64,000 bases of DNA, taken from IMG/VR virus record IMGVR_UViG_3300009103_002187, positions 1 through 64,000 of that record; one strand, given 5' to 3'. Within the stretch, counting starts at the first letter, position 1. Every line of letters begins with the position of its first letter. The translations under genes and the position numbers were made by a program. Below, in pieces: positions 31,787 through 41,659 of this stretch. This DNA is from a virus. Under the pieces are notes generated by a model. That model was not told the DNA's origin and did no database searches. It worked only from the letters and a program-made list of their open reading frames with translations.

Positions 31787-32275
31787 CTAATCTATTTGTC
31801 CCAATGTCCATCCCGCAGCAGCAGTCACCAAGACGCCTCCTACTATGCCTAAGCCAAACCACAAACCATTATCAGGCCTAGAAGACTTTAAAAGCTGATC
31901 ATTTAGAAATTCGATTTGTCCATTTTTAATCTCAAGGATATCACTATGCATCGTTTGACACGAAGTCAATGATGCTGCTATCGAATCAATCTCAAGCTGC
32001 ATCTGTGCTGACTGAAGACCTATCTGCCTATCAATCTCAAGCTGGCACGTTTCTTGTGTATACTCTAAGTCAATCACCAACTGTGCTGCAGCTTCCACAC
32101 TAAAAAGTGTACCTGAAAATGGGGCTGCGTCTCCCTCATCTAACGTCACAATCGATGCTCCATCCCACGTAGGTGGATCAGCTAATACTGGTGCAGCAAC
32201 TAAAAATGAGCAAAGGTATAAGCTTAAAACCTTGCACCAGATGTTATCAAATCTCATTATTACCTCACAAATCAA
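31787..32275 (-). CDS. Exported/membrane protein (signal peptide, coiled coil, C-terminal TM)
   Basis: FLVAAPVLA-D signal; GDAAPFSGTL; WFGLGIVGGVLV TM. Confidence 0.55.
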   Translation of the reverse strand: MICEVIMRFDNIWCKVLSLYLCSFLVAAPVLADPPTWDGASIVTLDEGDAAPFSGTLFSVEAAAQLVIDLEYTQETCQLEIDRQIGLQSAQMQLEIDSIAASLTSCQTMHSDILEIKNGQIEFLNDQLLKSSRPDNGLWFGLGIVGGVLVTAAAGWTLGQID

Positions 32276-32308
32276 TAAATTATTCTATCTTTGTGAGATT
32301 ACGTTAAA

Positions 32309-33370
32309 TCAATCTTGGAGCAATCCTGCAAGTCGTTGCCATCGCTCCATGATTAAATTGTCAGACTTTTTCGTCCCCTCTTCAACTGGGTCGAAAGGAA
32401 GCGACACATTAAACTTACCTGATTCAAGACCTGTATAAATTGCTGACTTAGTCGCATCCTGATCTGGGCCCATAGTCTTGTGATCAACCTGGGGCATATC
32501 AGCTCGAGCAGGTGCTCCTGAGTTAGAAGGAATATCGCTTAAATTGCCTGCAACCTTTTTCGAAATTGCATCGATAACAGTTTCGTGGTCAGCACCCATC
32601 TCAAATCCTGCCCACTCAGCAACTTTCTGACTCTGTGCTGCTGCTGATAAAAACTCATTATTTAACAATGCACCCGGTGCGTTTGGATCAGTCTGATTTC
32701 CAACATTATCCTTGATCATCTGCTCGATGGTCTCAGAAGACGCTCCCAAAATATTCGTGGGAAAAGGATCGCTCTCTGACGGTTGGGGTAGATCTGGCGC
32801 TTTATGCGCAGCAACTGCTAGCTGTGTCGCAGCCAGCTTTTCCTCCGTGCCGCCTGGAAGATCCAAATCTCGAGCTACTATCTTTCCGCCACCCTCTTTT
32901 CCTAAGATTCCCCAAACACCGGACCACCGGTGATGACCATCCATAACCTCATTGCCTGATACTGAAATCTCTCCATGTCCCATCTTTTTAGTCAATAAAT
33001 TCTCAAGCGCACCAATGCTAGAAAGGGGAAAGCTTACAGACTTCATTAGGTCAATCTCTCGCTGTGTAGGAATAAGCCCGCCAACGTCTATAGAGGAAGC
33101 TCCCCCAATATCAACGACATCATCTTCAACCTTATTGTCATAATCACCCTGTAGAACTGTTTTTAACAAATCGTCATCTGCAGTATTTACCAGACTTCTC
33201 ACAGCAGCAGGTCCTGCCTTGACAGCAGCAGCCACCTGATCATCAAGCTCTTCAGCAGTTTCTGCCTCAAAAATTAGAGAAGTAATCGAAGAGACCCTTG
33301 TTTCTCCAGCAAGCTCTTCCTGGATTAGCCTTCGAATTCCAGCTCTTAACTTTTTCTCACTAAAACCCAC
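32309..33370 (-). CDS. ParB/Srx-like domain protein with head-cargo motifs
   Basis: LIPTQREI...VMDGHHRW; KLRAGIRRLIQEEL; ERWQRLAGL. Confidence 0.65.
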   Translation of the reverse strand: MGFSEKKLRAGIRRLIQEELAGETRVSSITSLIFEAETAEELDDQVAAAVKAGPAAVRSLVNTADDDLLKTVLQGDYDNKVEDDVVDIGGASSIDVGGLIPTQREIDLMKSVSFPLSSIGALENLLTKKMGHGEISVSGNEVMDGHHRWSGVWGILGKEGGGKIVARDLDLPGGTEEKLAATQLAVAAHKAPDLPQPSESDPFPTNILGASSETIEQMIKDNVGNQTDPNAPGALLNNEFLSAAAQSQKVAEWAGFEMGADHETVIDAISKKVAGNLSDIPSNSGAPARADMPQVDHKTMGPDQDATKSAIYTGLESGKFNVSLPFDPVEEGTKKSDNLIMERWQRLAGLLQD

Positions 33371-33377
33371 AGTGATA

Positions 33378-34544
33378 TCACCCCTTTAAGGTTCCAGCAA
33401 TCTTCTGCCATCTCTCAAAGATAAATCGATCGGAAGTTTTATTTTCTAGAGACTCATCTTTTTTTGGAACGCCTTTCTGCCCTCTGCCAAACGCATTTGC
33501 GACTGATACCAACAATGGGATCAATGTTTCTGCATCGCCCTTGACACTGTGTACCCCTGAATGAGTCAAAGAACCGCCTGTCGCAATTCTGGCTCCTGAC
33601 CATCGGTGGTGCCCGTCAAGAATTTCATTACCTGAAGTTACAAACGCTCCGCCCATATCAGATAGATCATTAACTTTCCTACCATGCAAAAATGCAAACA
33701 GGAGTGATTTTCCAGCTAAAATATTACTTTGAGTCGGCTCCATCTGCCCATTATTCAAAGTTCCGTTAATTCCCACCTCAATTTGATCGTCAGCTCGAGT
33801 TCCATCAAGCTGCCCCTTTGTAAGAAAAGCCAAGGCTTTTCCTACCAACTCTTGTCGAGTTGCTGCAGTCTGCTTTTCACCTCTCAAAGGTGCGCCAGGC
33901 ATTTGTGAATTTCCAAACCGAGGAAATCTATCTTCAAAAATTGCAGAAGCTAACCTAGAATAACCTTCTTCTTTTTTGTCAGGCTCATTGGGAACTTCCC
34001 CCTTTTCAAAAGCTGCCCTATCTTCATCAGAAAGATCACTAAACCATTTTTCAAAGTTAGCTTGATTACCAGCATCTGGCGATTCAATATCAACTGTATA
34101 CTCTCCTCCCGGAGAAAGTGCATCTGCTACCTCATCGGCATCACCTCCCTCGAGAGCGGGCATATCTTTTTTAGCCGGAGCATTGCTTGGTAACTTGCTA
34201 GAAACATCCTTAATGCGCTTCTCTAGAGTAGATTGACCTATTTCATTTGCCCAAGCTGCAAGACCTTTTGGGCCACCAGCTTTTTCAAATGCACCTGGTG
34301 ACCATCTCGTTGCAGTCGCGATGGCCTGAACTAATGGTGCATTCTCATCGCCTGAGGTTAGCTGCTTCCAAGTGTCAGGATGCTTTAGATCTTTAATATT
34401 GGTCATCGTGCTCACCGCATTATAACCACCGGGATTTGGCTCTGGTTCAGCTGGATTATCTTTACCTTCCGCCTCAGCTAAAAAACGATATGGATCATAC
34501 GAATTTCGAACAAGTCTCTCAAAAAGATCTCGACGTTGGGTCAT
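33378..34544 (-). CDS. ParB/Srx-like domain protein, paralog of the neighbouring gene
   Basis: MEPTQSNI...ILDGHHRW; ERWQKIAG. Confidence 0.65.
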   Translation of the reverse strand: MTQRRDLFERLVRNSYDPYRFLAEAEGKDNPAEPEPNPGGYNAVSTMTNIKDLKHPDTWKQLTSGDENAPLVQAIATATRWSPGAFEKAGGPKGLAAWANEIGQSTLEKRIKDVSSKLPSNAPAKKDMPALEGGDADEVADALSPGGEYTVDIESPDAGNQANFEKWFSDLSDEDRAAFEKGEVPNEPDKKEEGYSRLASAIFEDRFPRFGNSQMPGAPLRGEKQTAATRQELVGKALAFLTKGQLDGTRADDQIEVGINGTLNNGQMEPTQSNILAGKSLLFAFLHGRKVNDLSDMGGAFVTSGNEILDGHHRWSGARIATGGSLTHSGVHSVKGDAETLIPLLVSVANAFGRGQKGVPKKDESLENKTSDRFIFERWQKIAGTLKG

Positions 34545-34601
34545 TCTCTAGTCCTCTATATAAAGTTACTTTGACAAAGGTAAATATTATCTAGAGAAAC
34601 A

Positions 34602-35003
34602 TTATTCCACATGGATTTTAAAACCAGTGATCTCTGAAAGCCTCTTGGTGATTTCATCAGCTGATTGATCTGATTTTAAGAGATTCTCAATTTCCTTTCT
34701 CTTTTGATCATTAAGATCTTTTTGCTCTGCTCGATATGACTCTTCAACCTTTAGCATCACCTCAATCGCTCTTTTTTGTGCCTGATCTCTTAGTTCAATC
34801 TCTTTCTGATGCGCTCTTTCTAAGGCTTCTAATTCCTTTTCATAATCCTCGCGAGTTCTTTCTAACACCTTAGATAAGTTGGGCGGCCGCCTTGTTATGA
34901 GAAAAAGAACAACTGGAACAGCCATTCCAACAAATAGCTGCCAGTTTTTCTTAGTCCACGCCCAGCATTTACGCAGGGTTAACAAGGTGGCCGCCCAGGT
35001 CAT
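34602..35003 (-). CDS. Membrane-anchored coiled-coil protein (spanin-like?)
   Basis: N-terminal TM followed by a charged helix. Confidence 0.45.
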   Translation of the reverse strand: MTWAATLLTLRKCWAWTKKNWQLFVGMAVPVVLFLITRRPPNLSKVLERTREDYEKELEALERAHQKEIELRDQAQKRAIEVMLKVEESYRAEQKDLNDQKRKEIENLLKSDQSADEITKRLSEITGFKIHVE

Positions 35004-35210
35004 TTACGAACCATGCCTATAGGCTTTCATTGCATCAACAGCTGCCTGACCTCCGATATAAACAATAGCAATCATACCCCAGGTTTCTGAAGTAAGACCA
35101 TCCCATATCATTAGTCCTGTTGCTGTAAGAAACACAAAAAGCTTTCTAGAGATTAATTTCTCCATAAGCATGTCAAGTTTGCTTTGCTTAACTTGTAGAT
35201 CTTCAGACAT
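35004..35210 (-). CDS. Holin-like small protein with two TM helices
   Basis: SRKLFVFL...W..IAIVYIGGQ..VD pattern. Confidence 0.55.
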   Translation of the reverse strand: MSEDLQVKQSKLDMLMEKLISRKLFVFLTATGLMIWDGLTSETWGMIAIVYIGGQAAVDAMKAYRHGS

Positions 35211-35212
35211 GC

Positions 35213-35485
35213 TTACTCGCTAGACTCATCTGATTCAGTCGTTCCGGTCGTCTCTGTTGTCTCAGTCGTTCCAGTCGTCTCTGTTGTCTCAGTTGTCTCA
35301 GTTGAGGCTTCTTCAGTTGCGGCTTCCTCAGAGGCTTCCTCAGAGCTTTCCTCAACATCATCACCAAGTCCGGGCAAAGCCGGTACAAATGTGCATTGAC
35401 CATAGGCCGTTGCAACAACTAGGGCACCGGCGACGAAGCTAATCTGCACCTTCCACCGAACCCATAGTTCCTTTAATTTACTCAT
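35213..35485 (-). CDS. Small membrane protein with E/T low-complexity repeats
   Basis: TM + AYGQC, then EEAS and TTETTETTG repeats. Confidence 0.55.
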   Translation of the reverse strand: MSKLKELWVRWKVQISFVAGALVVATAYGQCTFVPALPGLGDDVEESSEEASEEAATEEASTETTETTETTGTTETTETTGTTESDESSE

Positions 35486-35495
35486 CTTTCTTCTC

Positions 35496-35792
35496 CTAAT
35501 TAATTAAATCATCGTCATCATCATTTACAAAAGGCATTATTAAACCTTTAGATGACCCTACTGTACTTGACTCAGATGATATGTCATACAGTGAGCTTAA
35601 AAAGCTAGCATATTCATACGCCATCTCAAATTGCACCTGGGCTAGATTATTAATCATCAGACGATTTTGTTTAATTACATCAGTCAGTTCAACAACTTTT
35701 TCACTCATCTCAGCAAGACTCTTAGACAAAAGTTGTATTTGCCGTTGCTGCTCAGAATAAGTAGGATTGCTTCCGCTTCTTCCCAATAACAT
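35496..35792 (-). CDS. Hypothetical coiled-coil protein
   Basis: Start uncertain; acidic DDDDDLIN end. Confidence 0.45.
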   Translation of the reverse strand: MLLGRSGSNPTYSEQQRQIQLLSKSLAEMSEKVVELTDVIKQNRLMINNLAQVQFEMAYEYASFLSSLYDISSESSTVGSSKGLIMPFVNDDDDDLIN

Positions 35793-35823
35793 GTTAATTA
35801 TGTTCACAATTCTTTTTCCTACG

Positions 35824-36111
35824 TTAAGAAGAGAAAGGACTCTCCTCTTCAAGTATATTAAACAGTTTTTCAGCATCTGTTTCAGATAAGCTAGCCTTTG
35901 TCTTATTTCGCTTTTTTTCGATAAGCTCATCTAACATATCCAATAAACTTGAATCTTCCAATCCAACCCTTAGTGCAAGCTCCTCAAATGTCTCTTGCAT
36001 TGACAAGCCCCGCTTAAATAATACAGTTCTAAAAGCGGAATGTGTTTCCTTGTTTAGGTTGATATGAACACTCTTCTTCTGAACAAAATCAGAATAAGAC
36101 TTATCAGACAC
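35824..36111 (-). CDS. Ribbon-helix-helix-like DNA-binding protein
   Basis: KKSVHINL..ETH..F......GLSMQE. Confidence 0.5.
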   Translation of the reverse strand: MSDKSYSDFVQKKSVHINLNKETHSAFRTVLFKRGLSMQETFEELALRVGLEDSSLLDMLDELIEKKRNKTKASLSETDAEKLFNILEEESPFSS

Positions 36112-36815
36112 TACGCACCGCCGCCGGCAGGGCCGGCGCCAGCGGCAAGAGGTGTGGCCCCTGGATCAGGATCATGATCAATTTGCTCGGTGCCGTAATC
36201 AAGACGAAGCTTCTCCTCGAACTCATCAGAAACTTCAAGTCCGTACTTGTTAGTCAGAAACTCTGTCGTCCTTTGAATGATTACTGAGGGTATATCCAGA
36301 AGATTATCATAATTTGTGATCAGGTTGTTGACGTTCTCAGTAAAGCTTGAGATGTTAAGGGGCGCTCTCACACCGCCCACATCTACATCAGCTTCAGCAG
36401 GTTCATCTCGCCCAGAGTTATCAACGGTCTTGCTCACCTCAAATCCGGCACCAGAAATCTGTCCCACCATCTTTTGAAGCTCAGCCTCGGGATCATCTTC
36501 AACAGCCTCCTCACCTTCCTCATCCCCCTCAGCCTCAGGATCATCCTCGACGGGATCCTCTTCACCCTCAGCGTCTTCTTTTTCCTCATCCTCAGGCGCC
36601 TCAAAGAGAAAATTCATCACCTTCTGAAGCTTGAATGATTCACCGGTAATTCCTGCTTTCTCATAGTCAATCTGCTCAATGGACCCTTCTTCGTAGGACG
36701 TTAACAACGCATCGATCTGATCATCAAGTGAGGTGGAGGATCGATTGGCACCTTCAGAGAGCACACGCATCTCTTCATTAATCAAGCCTCTAAGAGTATG
36801 TCTGGAGAGCTTCAT
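36111..36815 (-). CDS. Acidic putative virion-internal protein
   Basis: MKLSRHTLRGLINEEM; SLDDQID; E/D-rich linker. Confidence 0.55.
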   Translation of the reverse strand: MKLSRHTLRGLINEEMRVLSEGANRSSTSLDDQIDALLTSYEEGSIEQIDYEKAGITGESFKLQKVMNFLFEAPEDEEKEDAEGEEDPVEDDPEAEGDEEGEEAVEDDPEAELQKMVGQISGAGFEVSKTVDNSGRDEPAEADVDVGGVRAPLNISSFTENVNNLITNYDNLLDIPSVIIQRTTEFLTNKYGLEVSDEFEEKLRLDYGTEQIDHDPDPGATPLAAGAGPAGGGA

Positions 36816-36819
36816 GGTC

Positions 36820-37200
36820 TTATCCTTGTTTCTGAGTTCCAGCTTTCATTTTTAAATAAACTTGTTTCATGGCATTATCAACATCTTCTGGCTTGCGCTG
36901 GGCAAGATTTTTTGCATCAAATAGAGCTAAAATCTCTTCAATCATCTTTCGAAATACTGGAAACTCTGAAGAAAGTAGGCCTTTAGAAGCAACAATCTGA
37001 TCTTTGGCCCACATCCCAACTTCCATTCGTGCTGCCATCTTCTCCTTATCTTCCCCTTGACCGGCTTCTGCAGGTGCTTCAATTCCCTCTGTGGATCCAC
37101 CGCCTTCAACGTCAGACCCAATGTCTTCTTCGGAGTCTTCATGCAACCTTGTCATCTCTTCTCGAATAATTCTCTTAAGCTGTCCTTTTGTAACTCTCAT
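36820..37200 (-). CDS. Putative virion-internal protein
   Basis: MRVTKGQLKRIIREEM. Confidence 0.55.
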   Translation of the reverse strand: MRVTKGQLKRIIREEMTRLHEDSEEDIGSDVEGGGSTEGIEAPAEAGQGEDKEKMAARMEVGMWAKDQIVASKGLLSSEFPVFRKMIEEILALFDAKNLAQRKPEDVDNAMKQVYLKMKAGTQKQG

Positions 37201-37210
37201 TTTTAAATTC

Positions 37211-37909
37211 CTATTTTAAAGCTTTGGCAATCTTGTCAGCTCTCTTGAAACGCTCATCAATCACACCCCAGTCAAGCTCTTTCATCATAGCATAAATATA
37301 CGTCTTGCGGTTATTAATATAATCCCTATAATAAGAATGCTCCCAGCAATCTAAGACGATGACAGGATAAAAACCTGCAGGAAGATTGGAATTATGCAAG
37401 TCAACAATACAGTTCACATATGTCTGTAAAAATGTGCTAAACCCGGTCACCACCCAACCATTTCTTGCAGAAAGTGCACAGGCAATAAAATCCTTCTGCC
37501 ATCGATCAAATGTTCCAAAGTCTCTCTCTATTCTCATAAATGCGAGAGAATCCATGTTAACCTGACTGCGAACATCGCTGATATTAGCAAAGAAGAGCTC
37601 GTGCAAGTGAACAGCGTTGAGGTTATAAACCTCATCGATCTTAAGTGATCGATACTGGGAGTGATTTAGGCTCGCAGCTTCGCGATCAACAGCATCAAGC
37701 TCAGCGCTAATCCGATTCAAAGTTTTAACATACTTCTCATAAAGCGTTTTGTGTGCCTTTTTATTCTTCGCACTGAGTAGCTCAGTGGGAAGATCAAATT
37801 CCTTGATCTGTGCCACATAGGCCTCATTTAGAGTTTTTTCAGTTTCAGAATCAAGACCTAAGCTTTCTCTCACCAGGTCTCTAATATCGCCATTTTTTAA
37901 ACTATCCAT
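37211..37909 (-). CDS. sod: Fe/Mn superoxide dismutase family protein with an N-terminal extension
   Basis: HKTLYEKYV, LHELFF, IERDFG, GW, LDCWEHSYY. Confidence 0.85.
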   Translation of the reverse strand: MDSLKNGDIRDLVRESLGLDSETEKTLNEAYVAQIKEFDLPTELLSAKNKKAHKTLYEKYVKTLNRISAELDAVDREAASLNHSQYRSLKIDEVYNLNAVHLHELFFANISDVRSQVNMDSLAFMRIERDFGTFDRWQKDFIACALSARNGWVVTGFSTFLQTYVNCIVDLHNSNLPAGFYPVIVLDCWEHSYYRDYINNRKTYIYAMMKELDWGVIDERFKRADKIAKALK

Positions 37910-37919
37910 AATTTATAAC

Positions 37920-38384
37920 CTATGTGTCAACTGTATAACGCTGGGAAAGCTCATCTTTGCTCACCTCAAAGTCCTTCACGTCACCTGGGCTTCGATCCAG
38001 ATCTTCTCGGCCAGGAATTGAAGCATCTCGGCCGGTAGCGTCTTTCTCAGGAAGATCATAACCTCGAAGAACAACCGCGTGACGCTTACTAGGATCAGCG
38101 TTTGCATCAATTTGATTTCCCTGGGCATCCAAAAAGCTCACAACTGTGTAAAGCAATTTGGAGTCATCATCATCTGACTTCTTGCTAGGGTGTTGTTTTA
38201 ACTTACTCTCGATTCCCAAATCCAATATGTTTACCTCAACTGGGCCTTTTGCCTTATTGTCATCATCCTTTGAATCATGATCATCCTCAGACTCATGATG
38301 TGCCTCAGTGAGAAATCGTCTAAGCTTTCTCTCATACTGCTCTCTCATCATATTGATGATCTCAGCTTCAGTTAAAACGGACAT
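37920..38384 (-). CDS. Hypothetical protein (putative virion-internal)
   Basis: Start MSVLTEA coupled by TGATG; KLRRFLTEA. Confidence 0.5.
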   Translation of the reverse strand: MSVLTEAEIINMMREQYERKLRRFLTEAHHESEDDHDSKDDDNKAKGPVEVNILDLGIESKLKQHPSKKSDDDDSKLLYTVVSFLDAQGNQIDANADPSKRHAVVLRGYDLPEKDATGRDASIPGREDLDRSPGDVKDFEVSKDELSQRYTVDT

Positions 38385-41146
38385 CAAGATTCCTCCGAGA
38401 GGCCAGCTAATAGCGACCAACGATCTAGTGTTTGATTTGTCTCAGCAATTAAATCTGCCTGATTATTCTTGCCAATTCCCTCAGTCATCTCTTTGAACAT
38501 TGCAACGACGTCAGAAAGATCCAAGTCGATAACAGCGAACTCGCCATATCTCTTGCTCTCAGCTATGCTAGCCTTCTTAAGAACTGCCCTAATAGCTTTT
38601 CTATTTCCAGGCTTAGTCGCATTCCAAAACTCAGATGCTTTCTTTGACTTAAAGTTTTGCTGCTGAAAATATCTCTTGGGCTTTTTGCCCTTCTTCATCC
38701 AATAGTTTACCGCTCTCTGCACAAGGTATCTAGATTGATCATCATTGAGGCCAGCTTGCTGTAATCCATCTAAGACGTTCTTACCCACAAGATAGACGAT
38801 ATCAATAGTGCCTGCATTACCAGCAACACGCTTGTTGGCGCCCTTGATATTCCGTCGAACATCAGGTTCGTTAGCAACAACACCTGCCTTGGTAAAACCA
38901 CCGGTATGCATGTTATAAATCTTATCGCGACGCTGACGCTTAAATCGGATCTTAGTGGATTCTGGGCCATGCTCACCTGATGAGATGTTACCGAGGCTTG
39001 TCTGCAGATCATCTGAGTTAACATAGATATCATCATCCATCAAGCTCTTGAGAGACTTAACATACGTTGCGCCGCCCTGGCCATATCTTTGTTTTAATCT
39101 CTTCGCCGACTTTGACTTGGTCTTCTCAGCGTCCTTTACATAACCTGCAAACGTGTTCTTCTTTAAAACACGATAGACGTGAGCACCCTCTTCAGCATCA
39201 AAGACGCACACCGCGATGGGCCCTTTTCCTTTCGCTGTGTCAACAATTGGAGGGTTAGGATTAACGGGAGGCGGTGGAGGTGGATCAACTGGAGGCACTG
39301 GAGGCTCCGGTCCTGGACCTGGATCGGGACCTGGATCGGGACCTGGATCGGGACCTGGGTCTGGACCTGGGTCTGGATCGTCGTCAATTGGGTCAACGGT
39401 GATATCTTCATCGTCACCTTGTTTCTCACCCAATAACTTTAGAGCATCCTGAACCACGCTAAGCTGTTGAGCTCTAGATTGATGTAATCCAATTCGTCGC
39501 ATCACTAAGATTAGAATTCCGCCTGCAGCCAAGCCCCAACCAAACGTAGATAAAACTCCTAAAATGGCAGCACGCATTAAAAAATCTGGACTAGATTGAA
39601 TAATTGACTCACCAAAAGTTGTTCCAATAGACTCAATCTGGGGTACACGCTCGGTCATAGAAGTTGTAAGTGCGTCACCGATCAGCTCTCTGTCAAATTG
39701 AAATGCTGACCAATCACCGCCGCCGTCTGGTCCAAAATAATCAGCTACAGTCTGATTTGCATTATCTGGATGGGCAGAGAAATCAAAGTGCTCTGCCCAC
39801 TTCGCCTGAAATTCGCTATCAGAAAGGCGAGAGATATCTGCGTATTCTCCTAAGGGGATATCCACACCGCCAGGGGCTTGGGCCAACTCAGCAAACTCGC
39901 TCATAGACATATTTTGAACTGCTTCAGGAGAGGTCTCAGATATCCTAGCAACAAATTGCGTTAGCCCCTCTCCGTCACCCCAATAATACTCAGGGCCGGG
40001 GACATTCTGTTCAATAAAACCGGTTACTTCATCGTTAAACACTGTCCACTCTTGATTAATCACAGAGTCATGATTAAGATTCATCCACTCATTCATCCAA
40101 GCTGCAAGACCATCAATAAGGCCTAGCTTGTCAGCAAGAAGACCAATCAGGGGCCCTGACATCATAAGTAACGGAGCAAGCTTGCTCCGCATCTTTTTCA
40201 TCACTGGGGATTCCTTTGATGTGGTACCAAGGTACTTAAACTTTACCCTCTCACCAGTTTTAGGGTCCTTGTAGCTATTAAGTGCATCTGCTGGCGCCTC
40301 TTCCTTTTTTTCACTTAACAAATCATCATTTAAAATCGATATGAGAGAATGAATTTCATGAATCCTCTGCTCTCTTTTCTCTCTCTCAACAGACTCCTCA
40401 ACTTTGTAAACTGATGCTAGATCGTAATCTCGATATTGCGCCAGAACCCGGGTTAAAGCAACAGTCTCAGAATTGAAAATTTGTACAGCAGCAAGATTGT
40501 CTTTATCGACACTGTCCTTTCGCTCACGATAAAGTTGATATATCGACCCTAAAACCGCAGAAAAAACATAGGCATCAGCACCCGTTGTTGCAGCCCTTTG
40601 TCCTTCCTTGCCCGCCTTTTTTCTAGGGTCGGAACCTGCGGGTCCCACACCTGTGTCGGCACTTTCCCCCTCACCTCCAAGACCCTCTGATGCCTGCATG
40701 ACTTTTTCATAAAAATCAGGAAGGTGAGCTTTTACATCCTTGTTTGTGATGTTTGGAAAGTTAGCAGTGAGATCATTTCCTTTAATTACAGAAAGTAACT
40801 CTTGAAAGTATGCCTCACTGTGCTCCGCCATTATCGCCTGAAATTCTTCTTGTGCCGTGTGAATTCTTGCCTTTGATGTCAGCTTTCCCTTCCACTTCTC
40901 AAAATTTCCTAGCTTGGCAAGGGTGTCCTTTAAGGGCGCATTCATTCTCTTTATGCCCTTAACATACATTCCTTTAAGCTTGGAGCCTAGTTCTCCAAAC
41001 TTAATCTCATTTATTAACTCATCTAGCTGAGCTTCCGTAATAAGACTATCATCTTCAACTAAACCCATTAGAGAATAATTCTTTCGTGAGTACTCTAACA
41101 AGGCGAGTTCATTAACTAAAGACATGTTTAATCGCTCCAGTGACAC
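38384..41146 (-). CDS. Large membrane-spanning putative ejection/internal protein (920 aa)
   Basis: Two hydrophobic segments, PDPG/polyproline linker, C-terminal DRWSLLAGL. Confidence 0.55.
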   Translation of the reverse strand: MSLERLNMSLVNELALLEYSRKNYSLMGLVEDDSLITEAQLDELINEIKFGELGSKLKGMYVKGIKRMNAPLKDTLAKLGNFEKWKGKLTSKARIHTAQEEFQAIMAEHSEAYFQELLSVIKGNDLTANFPNITNKDVKAHLPDFYEKVMQASEGLGGEGESADTGVGPAGSDPRKKAGKEGQRAATTGADAYVFSAVLGSIYQLYRERKDSVDKDNLAAVQIFNSETVALTRVLAQYRDYDLASVYKVEESVEREKREQRIHEIHSLISILNDDLLSEKKEEAPADALNSYKDPKTGERVKFKYLGTTSKESPVMKKMRSKLAPLLMMSGPLIGLLADKLGLIDGLAAWMNEWMNLNHDSVINQEWTVFNDEVTGFIEQNVPGPEYYWGDGEGLTQFVARISETSPEAVQNMSMSEFAELAQAPGGVDIPLGEYADISRLSDSEFQAKWAEHFDFSAHPDNANQTVADYFGPDGGGDWSAFQFDRELIGDALTTSMTERVPQIESIGTTFGESIIQSSPDFLMRAAILGVLSTFGWGLAAGGILILVMRRIGLHQSRAQQLSVVQDALKLLGEKQGDDEDITVDPIDDDPDPGPDPGPDPGPDPGPDPGPGPEPPVPPVDPPPPPPVNPNPPIVDTAKGKGPIAVCVFDAEEGAHVYRVLKKNTFAGYVKDAEKTKSKSAKRLKQRYGQGGATYVKSLKSLMDDDIYVNSDDLQTSLGNISSGEHGPESTKIRFKRQRRDKIYNMHTGGFTKAGVVANEPDVRRNIKGANKRVAGNAGTIDIVYLVGKNVLDGLQQAGLNDDQSRYLVQRAVNYWMKKGKKPKRYFQQQNFKSKKASEFWNATKPGNRKAIRAVLKKASIAESKRYGEFAVIDLDLSDVVAMFKEMTEGIGKNNQADLIAETNQTLDRWSLLAGLSEES
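39309..39380. repeat. 12-bp tandem repeat (GGACCTGGATCG x3, GGACCTGGGTCT x2) encoding PDPG
   Basis: Directly visible. Confidence 0.9.
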
Positions 41147-41254
41147 AATCTAGTTATAATTATGCAGCAAAAGATTAATTTATGGCTTTGATGATATAAG
41201 ACAGACACTTATTCTTTACAGACAAATCAAGATAATTCTAGCACTTCTATACTG

Positions 41255-41659
41255 CTAAAGTTTAATTATTTCAATGCCCGCTTCAGTTAAAATCTCAAGG
41301 CTTGATTGATCACGATATTTCTCACCATAAACCACTCGGTCGATTCCAGAGTTAACAATCGCCTTCGCGCACATCCTGCAAGGTGACAGGGTAACATATA
41401 ACGTCTTCTTCTTTGGATTGTTGTAATCCATTTTCAGCAAAGCATTTATCTCGGCATGCAGCATGCCTGACTCACCGGGCGTCTCTGATTCAACCTCATT
41501 TGGGCCACCCTTATAGTTACCGTTGTAACCCACGGCCAGAACCTGGGTATTATCTTCAGTCACAACAACAGCACCCACCTGATGTCTGGGATCATATGAT
41601 CGCCTTGCGATAACCTGTGCACAATTCATCCAGACGTTATTCCAGTCAGGCCTGCTCAT
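41255..41659 (-). CDS. dCMP deaminase (ComEB-like)
   Basis: VGAV, GYNG, HAEINAL, TLSPCRMC. Confidence 0.9.
   Translation of the reverse strand: MSRPDWNNVWMNCAQVIARRSYDPRHQVGAVVVTEDNTQVLAVGYNGNYKGGPNEVESETPGESGMLHAEINALLKMDYNNPKKKTLYVTLSPCRMCAKAIVNSGIDRVVYGEKYRDQSSLEILTEAGIEIIKL

Noticed and set aside
35236-35345. Short repeats as a non-coding repeat element
   Set aside because: They encode the TTE/EEAS low-complexity tail of a small membrane protein
39309-39380. Tandem repeat as a CRISPR array
   Set aside because: 12-bp units with no spacers, in frame within a CDS (PDPG linker); no cas genes in the window
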